Below are positions 37,540 through 47,972 of a stretch of 64,000 nucleotides of DNA, in pieces (the stretch's first letter is position 1; each line of letters begins with the position of its first letter). The stretch covers positions 192,474-256,473 of the forward strand of contig JAGZZT010000001.1 of assembly GCA_018377235.1 (NCBI GenBank), read 5' to 3'. The notes under the pieces were generated by a model. It had not been told where the DNA came from and made no database searches. It worked only from the letters and a program-made list of their open reading frames with translations. Made by a program: the position numbers and the translations under genes. Source of the stretch: Clostridium sp. (GTDB taxonomy: Bacteria; Bacillota; Clostridia; Lachnospirales; Lachnospiraceae).

Positions 37540-38193
37540 CTATACCTGAGAATTTTTGCTTTTCAGATACTCCATTTTTGTGTCTGCAAAAGCTTTAATT
37601 ACCTTTACAGCTCCTTCATATCCTACTACGCTGCTGTTAATGCAGATATCATAGCTCTTGCAGTCTCCCCAGCGCTTGCTGGAATAATAATTATAATAGC
37701 TGGCACGGCGTTTATCCGTCTTAATCATGATATCCTTAGCCTTTGTACGATCTACATTATGGCTGTTCATCAGATGGCGGATTTTATCCTCCTCATTTCC
37801 GCAGATAAAAACAGATACCATTCCCGGATACTCTGCCAGCGCATAGTCTGCACACCGGCCTACAATCACGCAGGATTCCTCCTCAGCCAGTTTTTTAATC
37901 GCTTCAAACTGAGCAAGAAAAACTTTCTGATTTAGAGGCATATCCATATACCCCAGTCCGCCTGTGTATCCTACAGAATAGGAATCCATAATAAGTGAAT
38001 AAAGGAAACTGTTTGTAGGTTTCTCATCATGCGTCTTAAACAGCTCCTCACACAAACCGCTCTGCTTTGCAGCCAGAGTAAGCAGTTCCTTATCATAACA
38101 CTTAATTCCCAGCTCACTGGCCAGCATCTGACCAATCTGGCGTCCTGCACTTCCGCTTTCACGTCCTATTGTAATCACGAGATTATGTTTCAT
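37540..38193 (-). CDS. Cytidylate kinase-like family P-loop protein
   Basis: 217 aa. 'MKHNLVITIGRESGSAGRQIGQMLASELGIKCYDKELL' is typical of the cytidylate-kinase-like family (not bona fide Cmk). Confidence 0.65.
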   Translation of the reverse strand: MKHNLVITIGRESGSAGRQIGQMLASELGIKCYDKELLTLAAKQSGLCEELFKTHDEKPTNSFLYSLIMDSYSVGYTGGLGYMDMPLNQKVFLAQFEAIKKLAEEESCVIVGRCADYALAEYPGMVSVFICGNEEDKIRHLMNSHNVDRTKAKDIMIKTDKRRASYYNYYSSKRWGDCKSYDICINSSVVGYEGAVKVIKAFADTKMEYLKSKNSQV

Positions 38194-38296
38194 ATGAACA
38201 CTCCCTTCCGAAATTTCATTACGAAATATGTTTCATATGAGTATTATAGCTCAAAATTTCTGAAAAGTCATCACTTTTTAACAAAAATATCAGCTT

Positions 38297-39235
38297 TTAT
38301 ATTTTTCTCAACTTTTCAAGAAGATTTTCAAAATATTCTGGGAGCGGAGCCGAAAATTCCATGTATTCTCCAGTTCTTGGGTGAATAATTCCGAGAATTC
38401 CCGCATGCAGCGTCTGTCCTTGGAGCTTAAACGGACATTTCGATGGCCCGTACACGCTGTCACCCAAAAGCGGATGGTTCAGACTGGCCATATGCACACG
38501 AATCTGGTGAGTCCGCCCCGTCTCCAGCTGGCACTCCACATAAGTAAACTGTTTAAATCTCTCTAAAACTTTGTAATGGGTTACCGCATGCTTTCCGTTT
38601 TTCTGGTTAATGCTCATCTTTTTTCTATCAACGGGGTGGCGGCCAATCGGCGCGTCCACCGTTCCCTCGTCCTCCCGAATTACTCCATGGACAATCGCAT
38701 AATATTTCCTTGTAATCGAGTGAACTTTCAGCTGCTCTGCAATCGAATTATGAGCAAAATCATTTTTACATACAATCAGAACACCCGTGGTGTCCATATC
38801 GATCCGATGGACAATCCCAGGACGCATCACTCCGTTAATTCCGGAAAGATCCCCGCGGCAGTGATACATCAGACCATTGACCAGTGTCTGGCTGTAGTGT
38901 CCAGCCGCCGGATGCACCACCATCCCTTTGGGCTTATTGATGAGAATAATATCCTTATCTTCATATAAGATATCCAACGGAATCGGCTCTGCCTCAATCT
39001 CCGGCTCCACTGCCTCAGGAACCTCCAATGCCACCGTCTCTCCAGCTGATACGCGGTAACTGCTTTTAACCGTTATTCCATCTACCTCTATCAGCTGAGA
39101 CTTCAGCAATTTCTGCAGATAAGACCGGGTAAGACCACAGCAGGCTTCTGACAGGTATTTGTCAATTCGTTCTCCCTGAAATTCCTCTGGCACAAGATAA
39201 CTCTGTTTCAATCTTTTTCCTCCGTTCTCCTCCAT
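38297..39235 (-). CDS. rluD: 23S rRNA pseudouridine synthase RluD (S4 + RluA catalytic domain)
   Basis: 312 aa. S4 domain near the N-terminus. 'HRIDMDTTGVLIV', 'GRTHQIRVHMA'. Confidence 0.85.
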   Translation of the reverse strand: MEENGGKRLKQSYLVPEEFQGERIDKYLSEACCGLTRSYLQKLLKSQLIEVDGITVKSSYRVSAGETVALEVPEAVEPEIEAEPIPLDILYEDKDIILINKPKGMVVHPAAGHYSQTLVNGLMYHCRGDLSGINGVMRPGIVHRIDMDTTGVLIVCKNDFAHNSIAEQLKVHSITRKYYAIVHGVIREDEGTVDAPIGRHPVDRKKMSINQKNGKHAVTHYKVLERFKQFTYVECQLETGRTHQIRVHMASLNHPLLGDSVYGPSKCPFKLQGQTLHAGILGIIHPRTGEYMEFSAPLPEYFENLLEKLRKI

Positions 39236-39291
39236 CTCTTCTCTGCGGCCCTGCAGATTTCATGCTGACGCAGCCGTCTGTCTGCCGCAAT

Positions 39292-39810
39292 TTATCCTTC
39301 TTTTCTCTGTTTCTGGAACGAAAGGAAGGACAGTTCCTCCTCCGAATAGACAAAAAAGATTAAAACCATCAAAAGGAAGGTAGCTATTACCACATAGCAG
39401 TCGGCCACATTGAAAATAGGGAAATCTATCAGTTTAAAATAGAGGAAATCGACTACATATCCCTGGCTGATTCTGTCAATCATATTTCCAACAGCCCCCG
39501 ATACCAGTAAAAACAGGCACACCGTCAGAGGAAGAAAGCGGCGTTCTGAAGGCATCCGAATCAGTACAAAAACTGCCGCCGCCAACACAAAAGCTGCAAT
39601 AACGAAAAATAAAAGCTGTTTTCCCTGCAGCATTCCAAATGCCGCCCCACGGTTTTCCGAGTAATAAAATTCAAAAATTCCATCTATCAGCACAAACGGC
39701 TGATTTCCTTTCAGCTTCGCAACAGCCAAGGCCTTTGTCCACTGATCAAATCCAATAGACGCAATTAAGCCAGCTGCAAAAAAAAGAAGCTGTCTGACTT
39801 TCTGATTCAT
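39292..39810 (-). CDS. lspA: Lipoprotein signal peptidase II
   Basis: 172 aa, 4 TM. 'NRGAAFG' and 'FNVADCYV' LspA motifs. Confidence 0.85.
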   Translation of the reverse strand: MNQKVRQLLFFAAGLIASIGFDQWTKALAVAKLKGNQPFVLIDGIFEFYYSENRGAAFGMLQGKQLLFFVIAAFVLAAAVFVLIRMPSERRFLPLTVCLFLLVSGAVGNMIDRISQGYVVDFLYFKLIDFPIFNVADCYVVIATFLLMVLIFFVYSEEELSFLSFQKQRKEG

Positions 39811-39841
39811 GTATCCTTGTCTCCTTTAATCAGCTTTACAG

Positions 39842-40930
39842 TTAAGCAAAAATATACTGCAGAGCTTCTTCCATCTCTTTTGTTGTTACTGTACGGTCTA
39901 CAAATGCCTGTCCCACCTCTTTCAGCAGGATAAATCGAATGATACCAGAATCCATTTTTTTATCGTTGGCTGTAGCTGCAATCACTGAAGGAATATCAAG
40001 TCCGCTGACAGAGGTTTTAATTCCAAACCAGGACAACGCGGATATAAAGCGCTCCGTCTCCTCCATAGAAATATATCCTCTCTTTGCAGAAATGTACATG
40101 CCTGCAATAGAACCCAAAGCGACACATTCTCCATGCAACAGTTCAAAATTTTTAAGCTTTTCAATGGCGTGTCCCAGCGTGTGTCCGAAATTTAAGAGCA
40201 TTCGGTCTCCCTTCTCAGATGGATCCCGCTCTACCACTCTCCGCTTAATGTGATTGCTCTCCACTACCAGCTGCTCTAAAGCAGCCATATCCATACTGCG
40301 GATCGCCTCTTTATGCTCCAAAATCCACTCATAATATTCTCTGGACTGGATCAGGCCATGCTTAATTACCTCTCCCATTCCTGCCGAAAACTGCTCCTGT
40401 GGAAGCGTTTTGAGAGCTGCAATATTCTCATAAACCAGCTTAGGCATATGAAAAGCTCCCACCATATTTTTATAGGCATCGAAATCTACCCCTGTCTTTC
40501 CGCCGATACTGCTGTCCACCTGAGACAAAAGAGTCGTGGGAAGCTGGATAAAAGAAATGCCTCTCAGATAAGTCGCGGCGGCAAACCCGCACAGATCTCC
40601 TACCACACCTCCTCCCAATGCTGCCAGCATGTCATTGCGATCAAACTTTGCCAAAATCAAAGTTTCATAAAGTTCTCTGACTGTATCTAAGTTTTTATGT
40701 TCCTCACCAGCTGGAAATATAAAGGAGATCACCTGGCTGCAGCAGGATGCTAAAAGATTTTTTACCTCCTCTAAATACAAAGGAGCTACGTTGGAATCTG
40801 TTACAATACAAATTTTTCTATGTTCCAGATGAAACATTTCCAATTCTTTTGGAAGCGCGGAAAAATCCTGTTCCAGAAGAATATCGTAAACTGGTTTTTC
40901 ATCCACACGAACTGTCATTCTGTTTGGCAT
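39842..40930 (-). CDS. aroB: 3-dehydroquinate synthase
   Basis: 362 aa. 'GGGVVGDLCGFAAATYLRGISFIQLPTTLLSQVDSSIGGKTGV' matches the AroB NAD/metal-binding region. Confidence 0.8.
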   Translation of the reverse strand: MPNRMTVRVDEKPVYDILLEQDFSALPKELEMFHLEHRKICIVTDSNVAPLYLEEVKNLLASCCSQVISFIFPAGEEHKNLDTVRELYETLILAKFDRNDMLAALGGGVVGDLCGFAAATYLRGISFIQLPTTLLSQVDSSIGGKTGVDFDAYKNMVGAFHMPKLVYENIAALKTLPQEQFSAGMGEVIKHGLIQSREYYEWILEHKEAIRSMDMAALEQLVVESNHIKRRVVERDPSEKGDRMLLNFGHTLGHAIEKLKNFELLHGECVALGSIAGMYISAKRGYISMEETERFISALSWFGIKTSVSGLDIPSVIAATANDKKMDSGIIRFILLKEVGQAFVDRTVTTKEMEEALQYIFA

Positions 40931-41039
40931 TTATGTCATCCTTTTACTGCCTTCCAGCTGTCTTCAGCCGGCAAAACAGCCCTTTCTGTCTTTTTTATAT
41001 ACTTCGGATCGTTTGTTCTAGGCCAGAACTTGTCCTTCA

Positions 41040-41795
41040 TCAGCAGTATTTTCTGGCAGATACAAAAATTCTGCCCTTTTTTGTTTCGTTTTCTGTACCT
41101 GTAAACTGGAATTTTCCAATTCCACGAACAGATACAACCTCTCCCCCCTTCAGCTGCAGAGAAGGAGAGGATACAAGACGTCCATCTACGAAAACCTTTT
41201 CCCCCTGAATATATGGAATAATCTTCGTTCTGGAACTGTGATATACCATGGCCAGCACATTATCCAGCCTGGGGGAGGCAACGCTTCCGCGTACCTCCTC
41301 GTATTTCTGCACTGCCTGACAGGACAGGAGCGGAACACATTGGCAGACAACAGCAGTATGTTTCACCTGTCTCAGCTCATTTGAAATGTATTCCTCCATC
41401 CGCTTCAAGCAAAAAATAAAACAGCCGTCCTCATTTATGACAATATCCCCCAGCATACTCCTCTCGATTCCCAGATTCATCAACGCACCCAGATAATCTC
41501 TGTGGGTGAGCGTTTCAGCGAAACGGGTGTTAAGCGGTTTCACTTCCAATATACTGATAGGCGGTTCCATCGTCTCCTCTTCATAGGACGGCAGAAAACA
41601 GACAATCTTACGCTCTGACGGCTCATAGCCGCCTGTCAGCATAAAGCGTACAGGCGGCAGGTTCCGCTCCAGAGAATGAAAAACTGTCTGCTCATTCAGA
41701 TTTAAGAAATCTGTATATGACGGAATATCACGCTGGCAGCAAAGATTCGCCAGATCCAGAATCCGTTTTTTTAATAACTGTTCTTCCCTGTTCAT
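41040..41795 (-). CDS. ylmH: S4-domain RNA-binding protein YlmH
   Basis: 251 aa. Conserved position after sepF. C-terminal S4-like 'RLDNVLAMVYHSSRTKI...VDGRLVSSPSLQLKGGEVVSVRG'. Confidence 0.75.
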   Translation of the reverse strand: MNREEQLLKKRILDLANLCCQRDIPSYTDFLNLNEQTVFHSLERNLPPVRFMLTGGYEPSERKIVCFLPSYEEETMEPPISILEVKPLNTRFAETLTHRDYLGALMNLGIERSMLGDIVINEDGCFIFCLKRMEEYISNELRQVKHTAVVCQCVPLLSCQAVQKYEEVRGSVASPRLDNVLAMVYHSSRTKIIPYIQGEKVFVDGRLVSSPSLQLKGGEVVSVRGIGKFQFTGTENETKKGRIFVSARKYC

Positions 41796-41801
41796 ATTTC
41801 G

Positions 41802-42338
41802 TTATAAATGAAAGCTGAGACCTGAGACGTTCATCCCTGCGCCTGACGGCGTATTGGAAAGAAGTTCGCGAAACTCTCCTGACAGCTCCACTGTAGAAGG
41901 CGTAGCAATAAAAATGCTGCCGGATATTTTCTGAAGATTTCCATCCATGGAATAAGTCGCTCCACATGTAAAATCAATGATTCTCTGAGCAACCTCTAAA
42001 TGAATGCCCTCCAGGTTAAGTACAACAGCTTTTCCTTCTAAAAGTCTCTCGCAGATTTCATGTGAATCTTCCATAGATACAGGCTTAATTAAAGAAACTT
42101 CCATACCTCTTCTCAACGGCACTACTTTATTATTGTTAGAAGCCGGCCTGGACAGGAAGCGCGGTCTCTGCTCCGGCTCCTCGTCATATTCGTAATCATC
42201 ATTATGCTGTTTATTAAATAAACGCCTGCGAGCCGGCCTTTCCTCCTCTTCGTATTCCTCGTCGAAGTATCCGTCATCTTCGTCGTCATCTGCCTCGTTC
42301 AACCGCATCGTGTCCATAATTTTGTTCAGAATGCTCAT
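41802..42338 (-). CDS. sepF: Cell division protein SepF
   Basis: 178 aa. Acidic disordered middle. C-terminal 'AVVLNLEGIHLEVAQRIIDFTCGATYSMDGNLQKISGSIFIATP'. Confidence 0.85.
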   Translation of the reverse strand: MSILNKIMDTMRLNEADDDEDDGYFDEEYEEEERPARRRLFNKQHNDDYEYDEEPEQRPRFLSRPASNNNKVVPLRRGMEVSLIKPVSMEDSHEICERLLEGKAVVLNLEGIHLEVAQRIIDFTCGATYSMDGNLQKISGSIFIATPSTVELSGEFRELLSNTPSGAGMNVSGLSFHL

Positions 42339-43039
42339 ACTCTGCTCTCTCCATTCCTTGTCCTGGCACCGAAAATACCGGTACCCACTCTTATCATGGT
42401 TGCGCCCTCCTCGATAGCAACTTCATAGTCGCCTGTCATTCCCATGGACAGCACACTCATATTAACATTATCAATGTTTTTGCTCCTTATGTCAACATAT
42501 AATTGGTACAATTTTTTAAAAACTTCCCGATTATCTTCCGAATTCGATACAAATGGAGCAATTGTCATAAGTCCTTTAATGTGAACGTGAGGAAGTTCTT
42601 TTATTTTCATCACAGCATCCTCTACTTCCTCTGTCCGGAAGCCGAATTTGCTCTCCTCCTCCGCTACATTTACCTCCAAGAGAATGTCCACCGTAAGATC
42701 CCTTTTCGCTGCATCCTTCTCAATCTGCTCTGCCAGCTCTACTGTGTCTACTGAGTGGATGAGAACTGCTTTGTCGATCACCTGGCGCACCTTATTTTTT
42801 TGAAGATGGCCGATCATATGCCAGCGTACATCCTCCGGCATCTGTTCGTATTTTTCCATAATCTCCTGGACGCGGTTTTCACCAAAATCCCTGGATCCAG
42901 CCTCATATGCCTCCTTAAGCATCTCCACGGGCTTCGTCTTGCTCACAGAAATCAGAGTCACCTCTTCCTCTCTCCGGCCGCTTTTCTGACAGGCCTGGCG
43001 GATTCTTTCATGAACCTCTTCTAAATTCTCTTTTATCAT
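42335..43039 (-). CDS. yggS: YggS/YlmE-family PLP homeostasis protein
   Basis: 234 aa alanine-racemase-fold. 'ISVSKTKP...HMIGHLQKNK'. Confidence 0.85.
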   Translation of the reverse strand: MIKENLEEVHERIRQACQKSGRREEEVTLISVSKTKPVEMLKEAYEAGSRDFGENRVQEIMEKYEQMPEDVRWHMIGHLQKNKVRQVIDKAVLIHSVDTVELAEQIEKDAAKRDLTVDILLEVNVAEEESKFGFRTEEVEDAVMKIKELPHVHIKGLMTIAPFVSNSEDNREVFKKLYQLYVDIRSKNIDNVNMSVLSMGMTGDYEVAIEEGATMIRVGTGIFGARTRNGESRV

Positions 43040-43059
43040 ACCTGCATCTCCTATTACCT

Positions 43060-44463
43060 TTATTCGTAAATAATCATTCCCTCTGTCACCATAGAGGCGT
43101 CCAGAACAATATGATCATACACAGAAAGACCGTAATCAGTTCCCTTGGCAATCGTAAAATATTCTCCATTGCCGGACAGTTTTTCAATCTTTTTAAATAC
43201 TGCATAACCCTTATTGATATTATAAACGCCCTCTAAAGGAGCAGTCGCTCCAATTTGGTAGCGCTCGCTGGAATCCTGTTTTACAATGTAGTCTCCATTT
43301 TTGAAAGCTCCATCCTCAGAAGTTTCCACATAGTAGTATTCATCTGTAGCTCCATATATCTCAGCAGGTGTAAAGACCACCGAGGCCTCTCCGCTCTCTG
43401 AATAAACCTCTTTGTAAAAACCGGTCTCAGCACCGCTTTCATCTCCTCCTGAAGCGGCAAATTCCACTGGAACTGTAAAGAAATCCTTTGTTGTAACGGA
43501 TGTGGCCGGGATCTTAAGTCCCTCTTCTGTTTCTGAAACAACCTCAAATTCAGCAAAGCGATCTGAGATAAACTGCACCATAAACCGGTCAAAATCAAGT
43601 TTTCCGTAAGTTCCTCCATCTGCCCCTGTAATCTGTGAGTATCTTCCTGAAAGAGTCAGATTATCATCTATAAACTTTACTCTCAGTGCGTCCTTATCTG
43701 CATATGCCGCCTTATCTTCCTCTGTTAGAGGAAAGAGAACCGACCAGCTCTCAGAAGTAATCATCTTATAAACCGGCGTTCCAGCCTCGATAAGCTTTCC
43801 AGCCTGTCCCACTGATTTCTTATAGTTTTCCTTTTTAAAGGAATCGGCTGTCACGGCCGATGGCTCCATCCCCTCATAGGAATCAATAGCATAGGATATA
43901 ATTCCAGCCTGATCTGTGTAAATCTGCTGAAAGTGAATTCCCTTTGCCTCAAGTTCTGAATCCAGCTGATCCAAAGCATTAAAATTCACCAGCTCCACAA
44001 CAGATGCATCCAAAGAGTATTTTTCATCATATACGGAAGAAAATTCTGAATCATCATAGGACAGGCACAGAGATGCCAGCTTCTTCTTCAGAAGAGCCAG
44101 ATTTTCATCTGTAAAAGCCTGACCCGCCTCCTGGCTTTCTTCCAGGTAGTGTTCCAGCTCTCCTGTCTCATCCAGTGAATAAATACGGGAACCGGCCGCG
44201 GCCTTCTTTCCCTCCCGCACATAGTAATTCACATATCCTGACTGTTCTGTCTGCTTTACCGTCTCCTCCCGCAGAATCAATCCTGTATATGTTTTATCAT
44301 TGACAATACTTCCTTCAACAACCTCATAAAATTGTATCTTATCCCGCCCAAGGTACTTAAAAACACAAAGAGCCAGATAGAGAAAGATCAGGGTAAATAT
44401 CAAGGTACCTATATTGAAATTCTTTGGTTTTCTATAAGGTACTATCTTTTTAGTCTTGGCCAT
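43060..44463 (-). CDS. Single-pass membrane protein, HlyD-like (periplasmic adaptor-like beta-rich ectodomain)
   Basis: Start at MAKTKKIV (ATG 44463). One N-terminal TM 'IGTLIFTLIFLYLALCVF', then about 440 aa extracytoplasmic. Family call is tentative. Confidence 0.4.
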   Translation of the reverse strand: MAKTKKIVPYRKPKNFNIGTLIFTLIFLYLALCVFKYLGRDKIQFYEVVEGSIVNDKTYTGLILREETVKQTEQSGYVNYYVREGKKAAAGSRIYSLDETGELEHYLEESQEAGQAFTDENLALLKKKLASLCLSYDDSEFSSVYDEKYSLDASVVELVNFNALDQLDSELEAKGIHFQQIYTDQAGIISYAIDSYEGMEPSAVTADSFKKENYKKSVGQAGKLIEAGTPVYKMITSESWSVLFPLTEEDKAAYADKDALRVKFIDDNLTLSGRYSQITGADGGTYGKLDFDRFMVQFISDRFAEFEVVSETEEGLKIPATSVTTKDFFTVPVEFAASGGDESGAETGFYKEVYSESGEASVVFTPAEIYGATDEYYYVETSEDGAFKNGDYIVKQDSSERYQIGATAPLEGVYNINKGYAVFKKIEKLSGNGEYFTIAKGTDYGLSVYDHIVLDASMVTEGMIIYE

Positions 44464-44632
44464 GATGCTAACCGGTCTCCTTTCCCTATGTATTATAAAA
44501 GGAATCGGTGAAAAGTGCAAGACAATTCAGGAAATGACTGGAAAGACGGAGATCGAAAGAGGGAAGACTGCCGTCTGCAGTTCTCCCCTCTTTTGTAATA
44601 TCGTATGTAATTGTTCAAATACAGCCGCTGTC

Positions 44633-45052
44633 TTATAAAGAAACAACTACGCTGGATTTAGCGCACTCTGGGAGATTTGACGCATCCTCAGATACACTGA
44701 GTACAAATGTGAGATGGTATTTTTCGCTGATCTCCTGCAGTGTCTTAAATGTCTCCTCAATGCTCTCTCCCTCTAAGGAAGCCAGCTTTAAGAAGCTGTC
44801 AAAATACATCTGCTCCAAGTCATGATCCTGCGAAATAATACCGCAGATAAAACCGATAAAGCCCTCGCTGGAAGTGATAGGATACTCATTTACATTAATT
44901 AAACGAATCCTGTTATTCAGTTCATACATGTGTTTGGAGCTTTTATCCAGATACACAATCGAACCTGTGGATTCTTTGACGGCTGTATTCGCCATGTCAA
45001 GAAGATATTTAGTTTTTCCTTTTCCCTTGTTTCCCGAAATAATCTGAATCAT
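44633..45052 (-). CDS. Small P-loop-containing hypothetical protein
   Basis: 139 aa. 'IISGNKGKGKTKYLL' Walker-A-like. No recognisable Walker B or second domain. Sits immediately upstream of the HlyD-like gene on the same strand. Confidence 0.3.
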   Translation of the reverse strand: MIQIISGNKGKGKTKYLLDMANTAVKESTGSIVYLDKSSKHMYELNNRIRLINVNEYPITSSEGFIGFICGIISQDHDLEQMYFDSFLKLASLEGESIEETFKTLQEISEKYHLTFVLSVSEDASNLPECAKSSVVVSL

Positions 45053-45144
45053 ATCAAATCTCCTCCTTGGACTTTATTTAAGTTGTATAAAAAATCTTTT
45101 ATTATGCAATTAATTATAGTATAAATGCCCGAAAAAATCAATCA

Positions 45145-46110
45145 CTAATCGACAATTTTAGTAATTATATTGGTCATATTCTTGTAAAGCCCCTGTCGGT
45201 TCTCTGCTTTTAACACCACCGAAATATATTCCTTTCCGTTTTCGTCCTGTTCCGCCATAATCAGGCAGTATCCGGCTGCCTGGGTCGTTCCTGTCTTTCC
45301 GCCCAGAACCGTCAGACCCTCTGGCGTTTCTGTTTCCCCATTCTGATACCAGTTTCCTACCTTCCATGTTTTGGAAACGGCACTTCCCTGCGCATTTGTA
45401 TAGGAAGCAGTGTAGGCATCGGCTCCTATAATCTCCCGAAATTTCGGCTGCTTCATAGCCTCATTAAATATCAGATAAAGATCATAGGCTGTTGTGTAGT
45501 GTTCCGGATCCGACAAACCGCTGGGATTTTTAAAATGAGTCTGTGTCGCTCCCAGCTTTCTGGCTCTCTCGTTCATCTTCTCCGCAAATGCCTCCACGCT
45601 GCCGGACATATGAACGGCAATCGCGTTAGCTGCATCGTTTCCAGACGGAATTAAAAGCCCATACAGCAGCTGCTCCATAGTCAGGGTATCTCCCGGCTTA
45701 ATTCCGCAGAGAGAAGCCCCTGATTCTGTGATCACGGCATCTTCTGTCACCTGTACCGTGTCGGAGAGATTACCCTCCTCAATGGCAATCAGAGCCGTCA
45801 TTACCTTTGTAATGCTGGCTGGATAAAGCTGCTTATAGGCATTCTTACTGTATATTACATTCTTGTCTGTAACGCCGAATACTGCCCCCGCCTCTCCGGT
45901 AAATTCTGTGCTGTCATCGAAAGACTCCCCATCGATCACGCAGAGCTCAGAAGCAAAAAGAGGCGCCAGGGAGGCTGAGCCCTCCGACACCCCAAGATTG
46001 CTTCCCCTATCCGCAAAGGAATACGGCTCTTCCAGCGTTTTTCCACTGCAGCCGACAAGAAGAAGCGCGGCCGCTAATCCAAAAATCTGTTTATGAAATA
46101 AATGCTTCAA
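45145..46110 (-). CDS. D-alanyl-D-alanine carboxypeptidase (S11 family lipoprotein)
   Basis: Lipobox 'LLVGCSG'. 'SITK' (SxxK), 'SGN' and 'KTGTT' PBP motifs. Confidence 0.8.
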   Translation of the reverse strand: MKHLFHKQIFGLAAALLLVGCSGKTLEEPYSFADRGSNLGVSEGSASLAPLFASELCVIDGESFDDSTEFTGEAGAVFGVTDKNVIYSKNAYKQLYPASITKVMTALIAIEEGNLSDTVQVTEDAVITESGASLCGIKPGDTLTMEQLLYGLLIPSGNDAANAIAVHMSGSVEAFAEKMNERARKLGATQTHFKNPSGLSDPEHYTTAYDLYLIFNEAMKQPKFREIIGADAYTASYTNAQGSAVSKTWKVGNWYQNGETETPEGLTVLGGKTGTTQAAGYCLIMAEQDENGKEYISVVLKAENRQGLYKNMTNIITKIVD

Positions 46111-46146
46111 GTCGTTGCTCTCCTGCTTTTTTAAGAAACAGTCTGC

Positions 46147-46542
46147 CTATCTGTACATCTCACGCCATTCCATGTCGCCGCGTTCCAAGGATTTAATCAA
46201 AAGCTCCGCTGTGGCAACATTTGTCGCTATCGGAATATTGTACATATCGCAGATCATCACCACATTGTTGACATTCGGCTCGTGGGATTTAGCTGTGGAC
46301 GGATCTCTGAGGAAAATCACAAGATCCATCTGATCGTGTTCAATCTGTGAACTAAGCTGCTGAGCGCCTCCCAGATGCCCTGGAAGGTACTTATACACAT
46401 TCAGGTTTGTGACCTCCTCTATCAGCCTTCCCGTAGTTCCCGTGGCATAGAGAGAATGTCGGCTTAAAACACCTCTGTAGGCAATGCAGAAATTCTGCAT
46501 CAGCTTTTTTTTGGAATCATGAGCTACCAACCCTATATTCAT
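46147..46542 (-). CDS. mgsA: Methylglyoxal synthase
   Basis: 131 aa. 'NIGLVAHDSKKKLMQNFC...ATGTTG'. Confidence 0.9.
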   Translation of the reverse strand: MNIGLVAHDSKKKLMQNFCIAYRGVLSRHSLYATGTTGRLIEEVTNLNVYKYLPGHLGGAQQLSSQIEHDQMDLVIFLRDPSTAKSHEPNVNNVVMICDMYNIPIATNVATAELLIKSLERGDMEWREMYR

Positions 46543-46556
46543 ACTGAGCTACCTCC

Positions 46557-47681
46557 TTAACTATTGCTGCTTTTTCTCTGAAGTCCAATGTTTAGTACAA
46601 TTCCCATACCGGCATAAATACTCAGAAGTGAGCTGATGCCGGAGCTGATGAAGGGAAGGGGGAGTCCCGTATTCGGGAAAATCCCTGTGGCAACGGCAAT
46701 ATTCGCAAAGCCCTGAAAGCCTATGAGAACTGCCATTCCAATGCAGACAAGGCGTCCGCCTATGTCCTTTGCCCGGCTTGCTGTGAGGAGACACTCAAAC
46801 ACCAGGAGAGCCAGCACGGAAATGATGACCATGCTGCCCACAAAACCCAGTTCTTCACCAATAACGGCAAAGATAAAATCTGTCTGATCCTCCGCCACGA
46901 AGTTTCCGCTTTTTACGGATCCCACACCTGCATTATTCAGCCCTTTTCCCCAAAGCTGTCCCGATCCTATCGCCATAATTGATTTATCCTGCTGGCTGTT
47001 TGCGTCCGCGTACTGGGCGCTGCCGTGGAAAATCTTAGCCAAAATTCTCCGGGCCTGATACTCTCTCAGGAATGGTACTATACCGAACTGAGCCAGATAA
47101 AGGAACAGCCCGCCGGCAGGAATTCCTACCGCCAGTACCCCGCCGATCCATTTATAGCTGAGCCCAGCCGCATAAATAATAACTATAAGCGGTATCGTAA
47201 TGACAATGCTGGTAGACAGGTTTGGCTGAGCCAAAACAAGTCCCACTGGGAGTGCTATCATAAGCGCAATCGTTCCCAGAACTGATACCTTGTTGATCCT
47301 CTCATGATTTTTTGCCAGGTACCAAGAGAGGACTATAATCAATCCTACCTTCAAAAACTCAGACGGCTGAATGGTGAAACCAAAAATTTTCAGCCAGCGC
47401 GTCGCTCCTCCAGAACTGTGTCCAGTGATCAGAACGGCGATCAGGAGGGCAACGCAGCCCACATAAATCAAGGTATTCAGGCGGAAAATCCTGTGATAAT
47501 CAATCATGGAAATCAGAAGACAGCATACAAGAGATACTGCCACCCCCAAAATCTGTTTTCCAACGATCGCCGGCTCTCCGCCACTGGCGCTTTTAAGCAC
47601 CAAAATTCCCGCAACACTTAAAAAAACCATGTAAATTACAATGCGGAAGTTGTAATTTTTTAAGCTGTAGTTGAATATCAT
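46557..47681 (-). CDS. rodA: SEDS-family peptidoglycan glycosyltransferase RodA
   Basis: 374 aa, 10 TM, FtsW/RodA family. Located in the mre/min cluster. Confidence 0.85.
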   Translation of the reverse strand: MIFNYSLKNYNFRIVIYMVFLSVAGILVLKSASGGEPAIVGKQILGVAVSLVCCLLISMIDYHRIFRLNTLIYVGCVALLIAVLITGHSSGGATRWLKIFGFTIQPSEFLKVGLIIVLSWYLAKNHERINKVSVLGTIALMIALPVGLVLAQPNLSTSIVITIPLIVIIYAAGLSYKWIGGVLAVGIPAGGLFLYLAQFGIVPFLREYQARRILAKIFHGSAQYADANSQQDKSIMAIGSGQLWGKGLNNAGVGSVKSGNFVAEDQTDFIFAVIGEELGFVGSMVIISVLALLVFECLLTASRAKDIGGRLVCIGMAVLIGFQGFANIAVATGIFPNTGLPLPFISSGISSLLSIYAGMGIVLNIGLQRKSSNS

Positions 47682-47959
47682 GCTGTAAAAGTTTCCTTGC
47701 TCTGCTTAATATTATGAACCAGTATCGTAGCGCATAGAGCCGGTACTTTTCTGCCGTCCGGCAAGGTTCTTATCATCTGTACGATGACGTCCTCCTCCTT
47801 TACCTCCATGTATCTGGAAACTGCATGGAGCAGGTCTGTGCGTATCATCTCCAGAATATCCGGAGAGCAGCCTGCCCGGTCAGATGCCAGAAGAAGCTTC
47901 AGACGCTTTCTCGCTATTTCACCTGAATTATTTCTGCCAAGCAGTCTGAGGATGCCCAT
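47678..47959 (-). CDS. minE: Cell division topological specificity factor MinE
   Basis: 93 aa. 'GILRLLGRNNSGEIARKRLKLLLASDR'. Confidence 0.85.
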   Translation of the reverse strand: MGILRLLGRNNSGEIARKRLKLLLASDRAGCSPDILEMIRTDLLHAVSRYMEVKEEDVIVQMIRTLPDGRKVPALCATILVHNIKQSKETFTA

Positions 47960-47972
47960 CTTGTCTCCCTCC

